Of a stretch of DNA of 64,000 nt, positions 15,322 through 28,249 are shown in pieces. The translations under genes were made by a program, and so were the position numbers. Source of the DNA: the human T2T-CHM13v2.0 reference genome, Homo sapiens; assembly GCF_009914755.1 (NCBI RefSeq), contig NC_060937.1; one strand, given 5' to 3'. The notes below the pieces were generated by a model. It was not told the DNA's origin, ran no database searches, and was given only the letters and a program-made list of their open reading frames with translations. Within the stretch, counting starts at the first letter, position 1, and every line of letters begins with the position of its first letter.

Positions 15322-15452
15322 ATTTTATTTTTGTAATAGATGGGGTCTCATTATGTTGCCCAGGCTGTCCTCAAACTCTTGGGCTCAAAAAATCCTCCCA
15401 TTTCAGCCTCCTGAGTAACTGGGACTATAGGCACATGCTATCATAACCAGCC
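15322..15452 (-). mobile_element. FLAM (free Alu left monomer)
   Basis: gatggggtctcattatgttgcccaggctg..cagcctcctgagtaactgggactataggc. Confidence 0.85.
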
Positions 15453-15987
15453 TTAATGAATATAAATACATTTATTAGTCATCTTAAGCAGAGTGGTTAT
15501 AAAGACTGAGAATAAATTTATTTTGGGGGTCAGTATTTCTGTTTTTCTTCTGATAATTCAATTTTGCATTCAATTATGATGCAATGTGATTTAACATTAA
15601 AAGTTAATACAAGTAAACTTTATAAAATTATTAATATCAGGACAATAATAACTTAGGATTATACATTTTAAAACAATGATAATGTATAAGGAAAGAGGTG
15701 TCTTACTTAATGTTATTATAGTTATTTTATGTTCAATATAAGTATAATAACAAATTTACACAAATCCTATCATTGAGATTTACTCATGATTTGAGTTAGA
15801 GCATATGTTATCTTACTTTTGTTTATTATCTAATAGTTCTTGATTTTGAAGATGATTTTAAGGCTTCTTAATGCAATTTCAAATAAACACATAACAAAAC
15901 TTATATGTGCAAGGCATACTTGAAAGTTGTGTTTTCATAGTTAAAGCAATGTGTGTATTGAGATTTAGGATTGACTTTTCTTAAGAA

Positions 15988-16359
15988 TGTATTAATTCAT
16001 TTTCACACTACTATAAAGAAGTACCTGAGACTGGGTAATTTATAAAGAAAAGAGATTTTTGGCTCTTTGTTCCACAGGCTGTAAAGGAAGCATGGCTGGA
16101 GAGGCCTTGAGAAACTTTCAGTCATAATGAAAAGGGAAGCAGGCACGTCTTATGTGGCCAGAGCAGGAGGAAGAGAGTGAAGGAGGAAGTGCCACACACT
16201 TTTAAACAACCAAATCTCGTGAGAACTCACTCTCACAAGAACAGCAAAGAGGAAATCTGCCCTCATGATCCAGTCAGCTCCCACCATGACCCTCCTTCAA
16301 CTTTGGGGATTAAAATTCAGCATGAGATTTGAGCAGGGACACAAATCCAAACCATATCA
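15988..16359 (-). mobile_element. MSTA MaLR solo LTR
   Basis: tgtattaattcatt..acctgagactgggtaatttataaagaaaagag..atccaaaccatatca; TSD aagaa/gagaa. Confidence 0.92.
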
Positions 16360-16639
16360 GAGAAAGAAAAGTATTATAGGATTATTAACTATATTTTTGC
16401 CATTCATACGCAATTATTTTTTGTTCCGTTTTATGAGTAAGAACAGTTGGCATACTTAAAAAAATTCATTTTTTCTATGAACAGACATTGCACTAAAGGC
16501 ATAGTAATGTAGCCACAGTAACAACGACCTTCACACCCTAGTACAATTCTTACCTAGATTAACTCAAATGCTCACAATAAAGATCTATTAGACGGAATCA
16601 TGGTCATAAGAGCTACTTAACTCATACCTACTGTCCTGA

Positions 16640-17120
16640 AAAGAATGCCTGGATTTAAGAAAAATTGCAAGGCTTATAAAATGATAAGGAAAACACACTT
16701 AAAAGAGACAAAGCAACCATCAAAACCATACTCAGTTATGACAAAGATATAGAAACTGACTAGTATTAATAATGTACTAAATTTTTTGAAATTATTTTGG
16801 AAAGGGTGAGCAATATGCAAGTGGATAATTTTATCAGAGATTACAATTATAACAAAGAATGAAAGGGAAATGCTAGACATGTTAAACAGTAAGAGGACTA
16901 GAAATATTTGTGATATGCTCATCTGTAAACATGACAAAATTCATAAAAGATTCACTGAACTTAGATCCATAGAAATTATTCAAACAGAAACATAAAGAGA
17001 AAAATTAGTGAAAAACTACCAAAAGAGACCATTCAAAAGTCATGCAACATTGTCAATCCATTTAATATACCTAATTTCTTGAAAGTAATGACACAAAACC
17101 ACAAATACAAGATCAAGGAA
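16640..17120 (+). mobile_element. L1M ORF1 fragment
   Basis: aagaatgaaagggaaatgctagacat.., gattcactgaactt..atagaaattattcaaacagaaac. Confidence 0.7.
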
Positions 17121-17227
17121 AATGAGTCAAATGAATATACAAACTCTGGTACATTCATGTAATGAAATATTGCTTAGCAATAAATAGCATCGATCTATCA
17201 ATTTTTGTAACATCAGAGTTGAATCAT

Positions 17228-17503
17228 CTTGCAGTCTGATGTTTGAGGGCAGGAAGCATTCAGCACAGGAGAAAGATGGAGGCTGGAAGATTCAGGAAGC
17301 CTGCTCTTCCGCCTTCTCCTGCCTGCTTTATTTTAGCTATACTGGCAGCTGATTAAGGGTACCCACTCAGATTGAAGGTGGGTCCGCCTGTCCTAGTCCA
17401 CTGACTCAAATGTTAATCTCCTTTGGCAACACCCTCATAGACACAATGAGGAACAACACTTTGCATCCTTCAATCCAATCAAGTTGACAATATTAACCAT
17501 TAC
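17228..17503 (-). mobile_element. MLT2A LTR, partial
   Basis: gtctgatgtttgagggcaggaagcattcagcacaggagaaagatg..caatccaatcaagttgaca..ttaaccattaca. Confidence 0.9.
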
Positions 17504-18234
17504 AAATCATATATGCATTGTCCTAAGTGAAAGAAGTCAGACTCAGAAGACAACATACTATGTGATTCCTTTATATGAAATGTGAGTAAAAACAAAACAA
17601 TGGGTATTGAAAAGAAATCTGTTCTTGCCAGGGTCTGGGGAGGAGGGGAGATGGATTTACCATGGAGGGGTATAGCAAAGGAATTTTATGGGTAATATTA
17701 CATTTCATATGGAATTATAGTTGTGAATATGCAACTAATTTCATTTTTCAAAATCCACAGAAGTGTACTCTACAAAGTGTGAATTTTACTGAATGGAGCA
17801 TTTAAAAAGATTTATCAGGATGTGGGAAGAAAGAGGAAATGTAGACTGTGATAAATGAATCTAACTCTATTAAAAATAAATCATATAACTACTGAAAGGG
17901 ATAGGAAAAAAGGAGCTGGCTTGAGTAAATTTTGAAAACAACTTTTCAACTAAATGTTGTAAGGCCAAAGACAACAAAATGAAAAAATTCGTTCTATACA
18001 CATTGTACTTCATTGGGCAATTTAGTATTCCTCACAGGGATATGCATTAGCGGTTCTGAATCTATACTATTTATATTCCAGGCTTGAAGAAAAAGTTAAA
18101 TATATTTTAGAAAATAGAAGTCACTGCTGAAGAAAGAGAAAAAAAACATCAGAAAATGGGGAAATACTAGAATAAAGTCTGTGGTGGTAATGGATTGGAG
18201 TCAGAAATATCAGTATGAGCAAATGTTATTTTAT

Positions 18235-18480
18235 GTGCATATGTGTATATGTATATATTTAACATTTAACCTGTGTATACATACATATTTAACGTGTGTA
18301 TCTATATATATATATAACATTCACATACACATATACACTAACATATACATACACATACAGATCAAAGGACATAAATTAATAGGTGACTTAATATATATAT
18401 TAATATATTATATATTATATACTATATATATATTATATATATATAATATATATATAAATGACTTAATATACATCCACACA
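18235..18480. repeat. TA/CA-rich low-complexity tract
   Basis: Direct reading. Confidence 0.9.
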
Positions 18481-19050
18481 TTTCCCAGCTTGATCCTTGA
18501 GAGGGACTAGAAGCAATGACAGGTCAGTAGCAAAGAACACACCTAGAGTCCAGATGTTGGTTCTTAAAAGTCATTCCTCAGTGAAAAATTCCAAGTTCCT
18601 TAGGGGGTCTGATTGATTCCAGGCATGAGGCAGAAAAATACAAAATAATCTTGGAGCAAACGTAGCAATGGAGTGCTAAAAAAGTTAATCATACTTAACC
18701 TGGATATCCTCAAAATATGAAACTATGCACATATAAATAAATACTGGATGCAAAAATACATGGAGGAGAAGTAATAACTCTTCCTTACAAAATAATTCTG
18801 GTTCATAAATGTAGAATAAAATGCAAAACTACAATTAGAATAACCCAGGAATAATTGCTGCAGGCAAGATCTAATTATGGATGTTAAATTTAGGAGATGA
18901 CTGTTTAAGCAGAAACAGCGTATTTGCATAGTCTCAAAATATCTCCCCCTTACATTTAATAAATTCCAAGGGGATAAAAAAAACAGTAATTTTATATCCT
19001 AGCAGATGCCATGCTAAGCAAGAGATGGATAACAACATTAATAATACATA

Positions 19051-21472
19051 CAGGCATACCATGAAGAAACCATGGATTTGATTCCAAACCACAACAAAAA
19101 AGTGAATATCATGAAAGAACAAATCACACGTTTTGTGGTTTCTCAGTGCATATGTAAGTTATGTTTACACTATATTGTAGTCTATTATGTGTGCAATAGC
19201 ATTATTTCTAAACAGACAATGTACTTGCATTAATTAAAAAGTACTTTATTGCTAAAATTGCTAACAATTATCTGAGCCTTCAGCGAGTTATAATCATTTT
19301 GCTGGTTGGGGATCTTGCCTCGATGTTGATGGCTACTGATCAGGGTGGTGGTTGCTGAAGGTGACATTGACAATTTTTAAAAATAAGATGATAAATTTTG
19401 CCACATCAGTTGACTATTCCTTCGATGAAAGATTACTTTATAGCATGTGATGCTCTTTGATAGCATTTTCCCAACAGTAGAACTTTCAAAATTGGTGTCA
19501 ATCCTCTTAAATTCTGCCGCTGCCTTATCGATAAGTTTGTGTAATATTCTAAGTCCTTTGTTGTCATTTCAACAATGTTCACAGCATCTTCATCAGAAGT
19601 AGATTTCATCTCAAGAAAACACTTTCTTTGCTCATTCATAAAAAGCAACTTCTCATCCATTCAAGTTGTATCATGAGATTGCACCAATCAAGCTACATCT
19701 TCACGCTCCACTTCTAATCTTAGTTCTCTTGAAATTTCTACCACATCTGCGGTTCCTTCTGCCACTGAGCCTTGAACACCTCAATGTCAGCCATGAAAGT
19801 TAATCAACTTCTGCCAAATCCTTGTTAATGTTGATATTTTTATCTCCTCCCATGAATTATGAATAATCTTAATGACATCTAGAATGGTGAATCCTTTTCA
19901 GAAGGTTTTCAATTTATTTTGTTCAGATCCATCAGAGGGATCATTATCTTTGGCAGCTGTACCTTACAAAATGTATTTCTTATATGAGAATGAAAGCTGA
20001 AATTACTTCTTGATGCATGGGCTGCAGAATGGATGCTGCACTAGGAGCCTTGAGAAACAACATTAATCTCCTTGTACACCTCCCTCTGAGTTCCTGGATG
20101 ATTTAGGTGTATTGTCAATGAGAAGTAATATGTTGAAAGTAATCTTTTTTTCTGAGCATTAGGTCTACACAGTAGGCTTAAAATATTCAGTAAACCATGC
20201 TGGAAACAAATGTGCTGTCATCTAGACTTTATCATTTTATTTGTAGAGCACAAGCAGACTAGATTTAGCATAATTCTTAAAAGCGCTAGGATATTTAGAA
20301 TGGTAAATGAGTATTGGTTTCAACTCAAATTCCCCAGCTGCATTAGCCCCTAACAAGAGCTGCATTAGCCTGTCCTTTGAAGCTTTGAAGCCAAGCATTG
20401 ACTTCTCCTCTTCAGCTATGAAAGGCCTAGATGCCATCTTCTTCCCATAGAAGGCTGTTTTGTCTACACTGAAAATCTGTTGTTTAGTGTAGACACCTTG
20501 ATCAGTTAAGTGTAGACACCTTGATCAGTTATCTTAGTTAGATCTTCTGGACAACTTGTTGCAGCTTTTCCATCAGCGCTTACTGCTTCTTCCTGCACGG
20601 TAATGTTGTGGAGATGACTTCTTTTCTGAAAGCTCATGAACCAACTTCTGTTAGCTTCCAACTTTTCTTCTGTAGTTTCCTTGCCTCTCTCAGCTTTCAT
20701 AGAATTGAAGATAGTTAGTACCTTGTTCTTAATCACAAAGTCAAAGCCAAATTTGGGGCTTAGGCTTAATGAAATGTTGTGCTTTGTTTGATCTTTTATT
20801 CAGGCTGCTGAAACTTTCCCCATATCAACAATAAAACTGTTTCTTATTATCTATGTGTTCACTGGAGTATTACTTTTAATTTCCTTAAATAACTTTTCCT
20901 CTGCACTTAAAACTTTTCTAACTGGCACAAGAAGTCTAGCTTTTGGCCTACCTCAGGTTTCAACATGCCTTCCTCACTAAGTTTAATCATTTCTAGCTTT
21001 TGATTTTAAGTGAAAGATATACAACTCTTCCATTCACTTGAACATTTAAAGGCCATTGTAGACTTATTAGTTGGCCTGATTTCACTATTGTTGTGTCTCA
21101 GGGAATAGGTAGAGCCAAGGAGGTGATGAGATGTGAGGGATCTGGGGGTCAGTTGAGTAGTCAAAACAAACAGGATTTATTAATTTTATTGTTTTATATG
21201 GGCACAATTTGTGGTGCCCCAAAATAATTACAATAGTAACATCAAAGATCACTTATCACAGATCAACATAACAAATATAATAATAATAAAACAGTTTGAA
21301 ATATTTTGAGAATTACCAAAATGTGACACAGAAATATGAAGTAAGCCAATGCTGTTGAAAAAATTGTGCCTATAGATTTGTGTGTGCAGGGTTGCCAGAA
21401 AACTTGAAAAAAAAACCCCACAATATCTGCAAAGCATGATAAAGCAAAGCACAAGAAAACACAGTGTGCCTG
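19051..21472 (-). mobile_element. Tigger1 DNA transposon, near full length, with decayed pogo-type transposase
   Basis: ta|caggcatacc ... gtgtgcctg|ta termini with TA TSD; 2422 bp; minus-strand ORFs 20506-20736 (EKLEANRSWFMSFQKRSHLHNITVQ), 20237-20437 ([29 protein letters not shown]) and 19433-19660. Confidence 0.97.
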
Positions 21473-24268
21473 TACAGACATAAGGTATCCCCTGGTCTGA
21501 GGCAATGAAAAAAAGGAGAGATAACCTCCATAGTATTCTTACTGATAGTGTATACCATCAATTTAATAAAAAGAAAACATTCAGACAAATTCAAACTGAA
21601 AGATATTCTATAACTGTCTAGTGTATTTCAAATGTGTGAAGGTCAGGTAAGATAAAATACTGGGGACTGTCAAGATTGGAGAAAACTAAGAAAATTAAAT
21701 GCAAAGTGTGATTCTGGATTGTATACTAGCACAGAAAAGTATATAATGGAAAAAACACTGGTGAGCTTACAATAAATTCTCTAATTTATTTTATAGTACT
21801 ATACCAAGAGAAATATCTAAATTTTATGTTGTTATTTCATAAATATCTAGCATGGAACACGTGGGCCTTTGAAGGGTTATATATTCTTATTCTTTTTTCT
21901 AAGATTAAAAATACTCTCTGCCATATATTAATAATCAGGTTTCTTAATCTTGCAGACATACACTGTTCTGAAACAGAGCTGTTTCTTTTGGGATAGGCTA
22001 AATTTCAATAATTTTTCTGTTGATATGAAAGGTGACAATATAAGAGAAGTTGAATAAAGGTAGATGGAGACTGTCTATGCCAGTTTTACAACTGTGTCTA
22101 AAAATTATCTCAATATAAAGCGTTTTCAAATGCTTAGTTTTATATTCATCAAAAATATATAAATCTCATTGAACAGGTCAACAGAAACCTAAATGAACAG
22201 TTAGTCAAATTAATGATAAATGATAACAATATTACTAAAAATAATAAAACCTAAGGTATAATGATACACAAAATAACAGATTTGAGTAAATAACTGGATT
22301 TAAGGAATGAAAAAAACAAAAGAAAACAAAAACCTTTAATAGGCATAGATACTTTGCCAGACATTAAACTGTTTTTCTTTTTTTTTTTTTAACTTAAAAG
22401 AAAGTGCTGAGTTGTGATAAGTAGATAGCAGTCATTTATTTGGGGAAGATACTATTTAGCGATAACTCCAAACAAACTACCATTTTAAGTATGAAAAAAA
22501 GATAAGATATAATGTAAAATTTATTGAGAACAAAAATCTTAATGCTGATTCACAGTGCAGACAGAAATATTTCACTTACAAGGAATCAAAAATTAAGGAA
22601 GGAGAAACAACAAAGATGTAAAACTACATCCAGGAATGGTAAATCAAAGTTTCAAATTCATTGCATTGTGAATTCAAAGTATCAAATTGTTTCCCTGTTC
22701 CCAGAAAATAGATTATCACCACTTGCTTACAAACACTGATGGATCTGTTTCAGTTTTGAACAAACACTTGGAGTGCAGTTCAATGTACTGTGCAATGTGA
22801 AAAGTTAGAAAGCATGATTTGCCATAATGCAACAGCAATTGACAAGAAAAATGTTGAGTGTACTTATTGACATTTTATTTGGTTTAATTTTTAAAAAGGT
22901 ACCTGCATAGAACTGGACAAAATCTCTTATACAGTGCTAACAGGTGGGCTGTTCTTGTAGGATAGTTGTTTGTTATTGCCTGGAAACAGAATACTAGATA
23001 CGTAAACAGTCTAGAAATAAAGGGAATCTATCTAAAACCTATACTATAAGTAAAGTGGCTTCACAATTATCAGAGTTTTAGTTTCCGTTGTGAAAAGACT
23101 GCAAGCAAGAAATAAATCTAATTAAAATAGAAAAATTATAGCTGACCTAGCAAATTTTTCCATCATTTGTAGAATAACACAAAAAAGTTGGGCTTATCTT
23201 TTATGAAAGCATCAAAAAGTCAATGTCAGAATGTATTCTTAAAGTGACACCAGGACACCTGTCCGAATAAAGGGGAAATGATGAGAGTAACATGACTGTG
23301 TCTGGTGTTGTCTTGCTTTACTTCTGTTACTTTTGTCCCCTATTTTGTTTATAATCGATTTGTATCAATTGCAATGGTTAGTTCAACAAAATGGGGAAAA
23401 ATCAATTACAATGGTTAGTTCGTTAAATGAGTCATTTCAAATTTCATTCATTCAAATATCTCAGTATCTAAAGAACACCTGATACTTAGGAAATAGCTAA
23501 TAAAAAATGTTAAATAAAGGTCAGTTCACTTTTTGGGCATATTTATTTTATACTAACCTTGCTTGAACATTAAAATATTGATTGTAAATTGTCTGTCTAA
23601 AATCCAGTGTTGATGCTATCAATGGCTAAAGCTTCTTGTTCCTGCTACTACTATTACTTTGTTTGTATAAATTCCTCCTTTTTGAGTTCCATTTGTGGGC
23701 ATAAAGCTTTGAAGGCTAATACATTGAAGAAATATATTTTTTAAAAATAGGAAATACAGAACTGATAGTGTTCAGTAAAAATTGGAAAAATCTCAGTTTT
23801 AACTTGTCACCCTAACAGCTGTTCAGAGAGATGTAACTAGGAAATTGTTTACTATTTATGCAAATGTTTTGTATACAGCACTTGCAAGAAAGAATTTCAA
23901 GATTTTCTAATATCTGAAGTCCAAATTTGAGCACTATTAGTAGGAGTCTGAGCAGATGACAACTGCACCTAGTCTTAATAAAACCAGCAAGAGACTCTGC
24001 TTATTTTTATTTTTTGTCTTTTGTATATTTGTTTATTTATTTATTCTCATTAGTGCCTTTTGTATCTTTTACTTTTAACTTTAATTGGCAAATAAAAATT
24101 GTACATATTTGTGGGGTACATAGTGATGTTCTGATATAAAATATATAGTGGGTGGATGAGTTGAAAAAGTGTGTAATGCATCTGCCATGTTGAATTTAAC
24201 AATGGGTGATTCATGCCTTGCCCTTAAATTTGTGTCTGTTTCACAGATATTTTAAAATATCATCTTAG

Positions 24269-24576
24269 AGTCTGGGTGTGGTGGCTCACACCTGTAATTC
24301 CGGCACGTTGGGAGGCCCAAATGGGTGGATAGCTTGAGCTCAGGAGTTCAAGACCAGCTTGGACAACATAGTGAGAACTCATCTCTACCAAAAATACAAG
24401 AATTAGCCAAGCATGGTGACACATGCCTGTGGTCCCAGCTACTTGGAAGGCTGAGGTAGGAGGGTCACTGGAGCCTGAGAAGTTGAGGCTACAGTCAGCT
24501 GCGATTGTGCTACACTGCACTCCAACCTGGATGACAGAGCAAGAACCGATCTCAATTTAAAAATGAAAAATAAAAC
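24269..24576 (+). mobile_element. AluJ
   Basis: gcttgagctcaggagttc, ggtcactggagcctgagaagttgaggctacagt; TSD aaaatatcatctt(a/g)ga. Confidence 0.93.
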
Positions 24577-25305
24577 AAAATATCATCTTGGAGCACCATT
24601 TTTATAGAATAAATGGGGAGCATTTTTATAATAAAATTAACTAAAATATATTGTGGAGTCAAGTGTAAAAGCTTATGCATTTTCTTTTTATTTAAACCGT
24701 GTGCTCTAAAAGCTACTTTCAGCATGCTGCATTGGGCTAATCAAATCCTCCAAAGTTATGAGTTCATTATTAGTTGCACTTAAAAGCCATGGCTAAAAAT
24801 AAGTACAAAGAGCAATTCTAGAATAACACTGAGATTTAGCAGTCTTTTATGTCACATTCTAAATAAATATTAGATTTTATTTTCAGATTTTATATTCTAA
24901 CAGCACTGAGCATTTTATGGATTTTTTTTAAATTAAAAGTGAGATGAACACTTGCATGTTGAAAAATAATATCCAATGCCAATTTTAGTTACTTCACAAT
25001 TTTGTTTATGCCTAATTCGGAACAGCAATAGCCACTTTGAATGTTAAAATGATTAAAGGCAAAATTAGTTATCTGTAGTTGATCTTTTATCAGATGACTA
25101 ATTTAAAAGATGAAACTTTTAAATTATGTATTATATATTCTGAATTACTTCAAAATGTAAGTTTGGTAGCAAAAATTAAATCCACAAAGAATGACATTCT
25201 GTTCTTGAATGCCCTATGCATTTCTTTATTTCTAAACAATTGGATATGCTGTTACATCTCCTTGTCTATTTTACCCTATCATGTGAGAGTACACCTCTCA
25301 TTTTT

Positions 25306-27495
25306 CAATTGATACACTATATTTTACATATTGTGGTATACATGTGAGTATTCTGAGGTATCCATTACCTCAAGTATTTATCATTTTTATGTGTTGGGTA
25401 CCCTTCATGTCCTCTCTTCTAGCTACTTTGAAATACATAATGTATTGTTGCTGACCATATTCACCCTACTCTACTTTCAAACATAAGAACTTACTTAACT
25501 TCAATCTAGCTGTACATTTGGATCCATCACCTAAGCTCTCTTCATTTCCCATACTATACACACATCTTTCCCAGCCTCTGGTATCTATTAATATTATTCT
25601 ATTCTCTACCTCCATTCGATGAAATTTCTTAGCTCCCACTTACGATTTAGAACATGTAAAATACTTTTCTCTGCCTGGTGTATTTCACTTAACATAATGA
25701 CCTCCAGGGCCATCCTCCAGTGCCATCAATATTGCTGCAAATGACATAATTTCATTCATATCACTAAATAATATTTAATTACATATATATATGACATTTT
25801 ATTTCTTCATTTGTTGATGGACACTTAGGTTGATTCCATATCTCTGTTATTGACAATAGTGCTGCAATAAACATGTAAGTCCAAGTAACCCTTTAATATA
25901 CTGATTTCTTTTCCTTTGAATGAATATCCAGTAGTGAGATTGCTGGTTAATATGCTAGTCGTATTTTTAGTTCTTTTTTTTTTTTAAGTCTCCACACTGT
26001 TTTGCATAGTTACTGTACTAATTTACATCCCCACCAAGATTATATGAGTTCCTTTTTTCCATATCCTAACCAGTATCTATTATTTTTTTTCTGTTTTTAC
26101 TAATAGCCATTTCAATTTGTTTAAGAGGATATCTCATTATAGTTTTGATTTGCATTTCCCTGATGATTAATGATGTTGAGCATTTTTTCATATACCTATT
26201 GGAAATTTGCATGACTTCTTTTGAGAATTTTCTATTCTTGTCCTTTGTAAACTTTTTAGTGGGATTATTTTTTATTTATTTATTTTTTTACTGTTGAGTT
26301 ATTTGAGTTCTTTGCATAGTCTGAATATTAGTCCCTTGAATAGTTTGCAAATATTTTCTCTCATTCAAAATGTTTTCTCTTCACTTTGTTGTTCCTTTGC
26401 TGTGCAGAAGCTTATTAATTTAAAATTGTCCCATTTGTCTATTTTTGGTTTTGTTCTCTGTGCTTTTGAGGTTTTGGCCACAAAATGTCTAGACATGTGT
26501 CCTGAAGTGTTTTCCCAATGTTTTCTTAATGTAGTTTTGTAGTTATGGGTCTAATATTAAAGTCATTCATCTGTATTGAGTTGACTTTTTAAATATGGTA
26601 TGAGATAGGGGTCCACTTGCATTCTTCTGCATATGGATCTCCAGTTTTCCCAGCACCATTTATTGAGGAGGGTGTCCTTTCCCAGTGTATGTTATCAGTG
26701 CCTTTGTCAAAAATCATTTGGCTGTAACATATGAGTTTATTTCTGGATTCTTTATTCTGTTCAATTCGTGTACATGTCTGTTTTTATACCAGCACCATCT
26801 TGTTTTGGTCACTATGCCTTGTAACATATGTTGAAGTCAGGTACTGCGATGCCTCCAGCTTTGTTTTGTTGTGTTTTATTTTTAAATTCAGAATTGCTTT
26901 GACTATTTGGGCTCTTTCTTGGTTCCACATAAATTTTAGGATTTTTTTTTCTAATTCTATAAAAAATGATATTGATATTTTGATAAATATTGCATTGAGT
27001 CTGCAGATTTGTTTGGGCAGTATTGTCATTTTAGGGTATTCATTCTTTGGTTCTGATATGGTTTGGCTCTGTCCCCACCCAAATCTCATCTTGAATTGTA
27101 ATCCCCATAATCCCTACATGTTGAGGGAGGGACCAGGGGATCATGGGGGCGGTTTCCCCAATGCAGTTCTCATGATAGTGAATCAGTTCTCACAGTTTTA
27201 TAAGCATGTCTTCTCCCTTCGCTCTCTCCCCTCCCTCCTGCTGTCATGTGAAGAAGGTACTTGCTTTCTCTTCACCTTCTGCCATGATTATAAGTTTCCT
27301 GAGGCCTCCCCAGACATGCAGAATTGTAAGTCAATTAAAACTCTTTTCTCTCTAAATTACCCAGTCTTGGGTATTTCTTTATAGCACTGTGAAAACAGAC
27401 TAATACAGGTTCCATGAGCCTGGGATGAATTTCCATTTGTTTCTGTCCTCTTCAGTTTCTTTAATCAGTGTTTTGCAGTTTTCCTCATAGAGATC
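25306..27495 (-). mobile_element. L1MA 3' end and ORF2 C-terminus (interrupted by THE1)
   Basis: tcctctcttctagctactttgaaatac; ORF 26784-27089 ([42 protein letters not shown]) is L1 ORF2p. Confidence 0.92.
27054..27407 (+). mobile_element. THE1 (C/D) MaLR solo LTR
   Basis: tgatatggtttggctctgtccccacccaaatctc..acagactaataca; perfect TSD ggttc. Confidence 0.96.
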
Positions 27496-27499
27496 TATC

Positions 27500-28248
27500 T
27501 AGTCATATTATCTACGAGTCTGCTTAGTGCCTTATTTTACTATAGTTGAGCTTGCATTCAAGTTGCAAGACACAGTCCTCTTCACTTTTCTAGAGCTGTG
27601 AGCTGTGCTGCCTGGTATTGGGGAGGGGCGATGTCACCCCTTGGCCACCCCCGCTGGTGTTTCACTAGGTGATATGCACTCAAGTCCACTGGCTCCAAGC
27701 CCAGAATGGCACCAGGACTTGCCCAGGAATTGCAATCCTTGTGACCTAAACTGCCTTTCAAATTTATTTATGACCCCAGAACACTTTAGTCTGGGGTTTA
27801 AAATAAATTTGAAAGGCAGTTTAGGCCACAGGTGGGGCTAGCTGGAACTCAATTGCTGACCATTGGGATGGACAATTCACCTCCCTCCATGGGCCCAGGC
27901 TCAATTCTGCTCTATGTTGATTTCCACTGTGACAGGGCAGCATTGGATTCTAATGCAAAGTCTGATAATCACTGTGCTCTCCTTCCCCCAAGCAAACAGA
28001 TTCTTTGTGCCATATGGCCACTGCTGGGGGGGTGAAGGAGGGGCACTGTAGGCAATGCAGGACTGACTTTCCTACCTTCTTCAGTGTCTCTTTCCTTTAT
28101 ATGATGTTATACCAGGTACTATGATTACTGACTTGATTTTTGGTTTTTATGAAGGTGCTATCTTGTGTGCATAGTGGTTCAGATTGGTCTTCTTGCAGGA
28201 GGGATGATCACTGGAAGGTCCTATTTTGGCATTTGGTCTGCCACCTCT
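27500..28248 (-). mobile_element. L1M-type 5'UTR (inner)
   Basis: caagttgcaagacacagtcc, gagctgtgagctgtgctgcctgg, ccaggtactatgattactgacttgatttttgg; ends in a gccatcttg-like terminus. Confidence 0.75.
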
Positions 28249-28249
28249 A

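Larger units (their letters stand above)
17125..22130 (+). mobile_element. L1MC-type long 3' region, interrupted by MLT2A and Tigger1
   Basis: ctaagtgaaagaagtcagactc, gtagactgtgataaatgaatctaac, acattcagacaaattcaaactga, aaaattatctcaatataaa. Confidence 0.7.

Noticed and set aside
18181-18510. 109-aa Ile/Tyr-rich ORF
   Set aside because: Translation of a TA-rich low-complexity tract
19433-20736. Transposase ORFs as a domesticated TIGD-like gene
   Set aside because: Fragmented by stops, frameshifts and duplications inside an ordinary Tigger1
26731-27384. Longest ORF in the window (217 aa, + strand)
   Set aside because: It is antisense L1 ORF2 running into a THE1 LTR, a chance read-through with no domain
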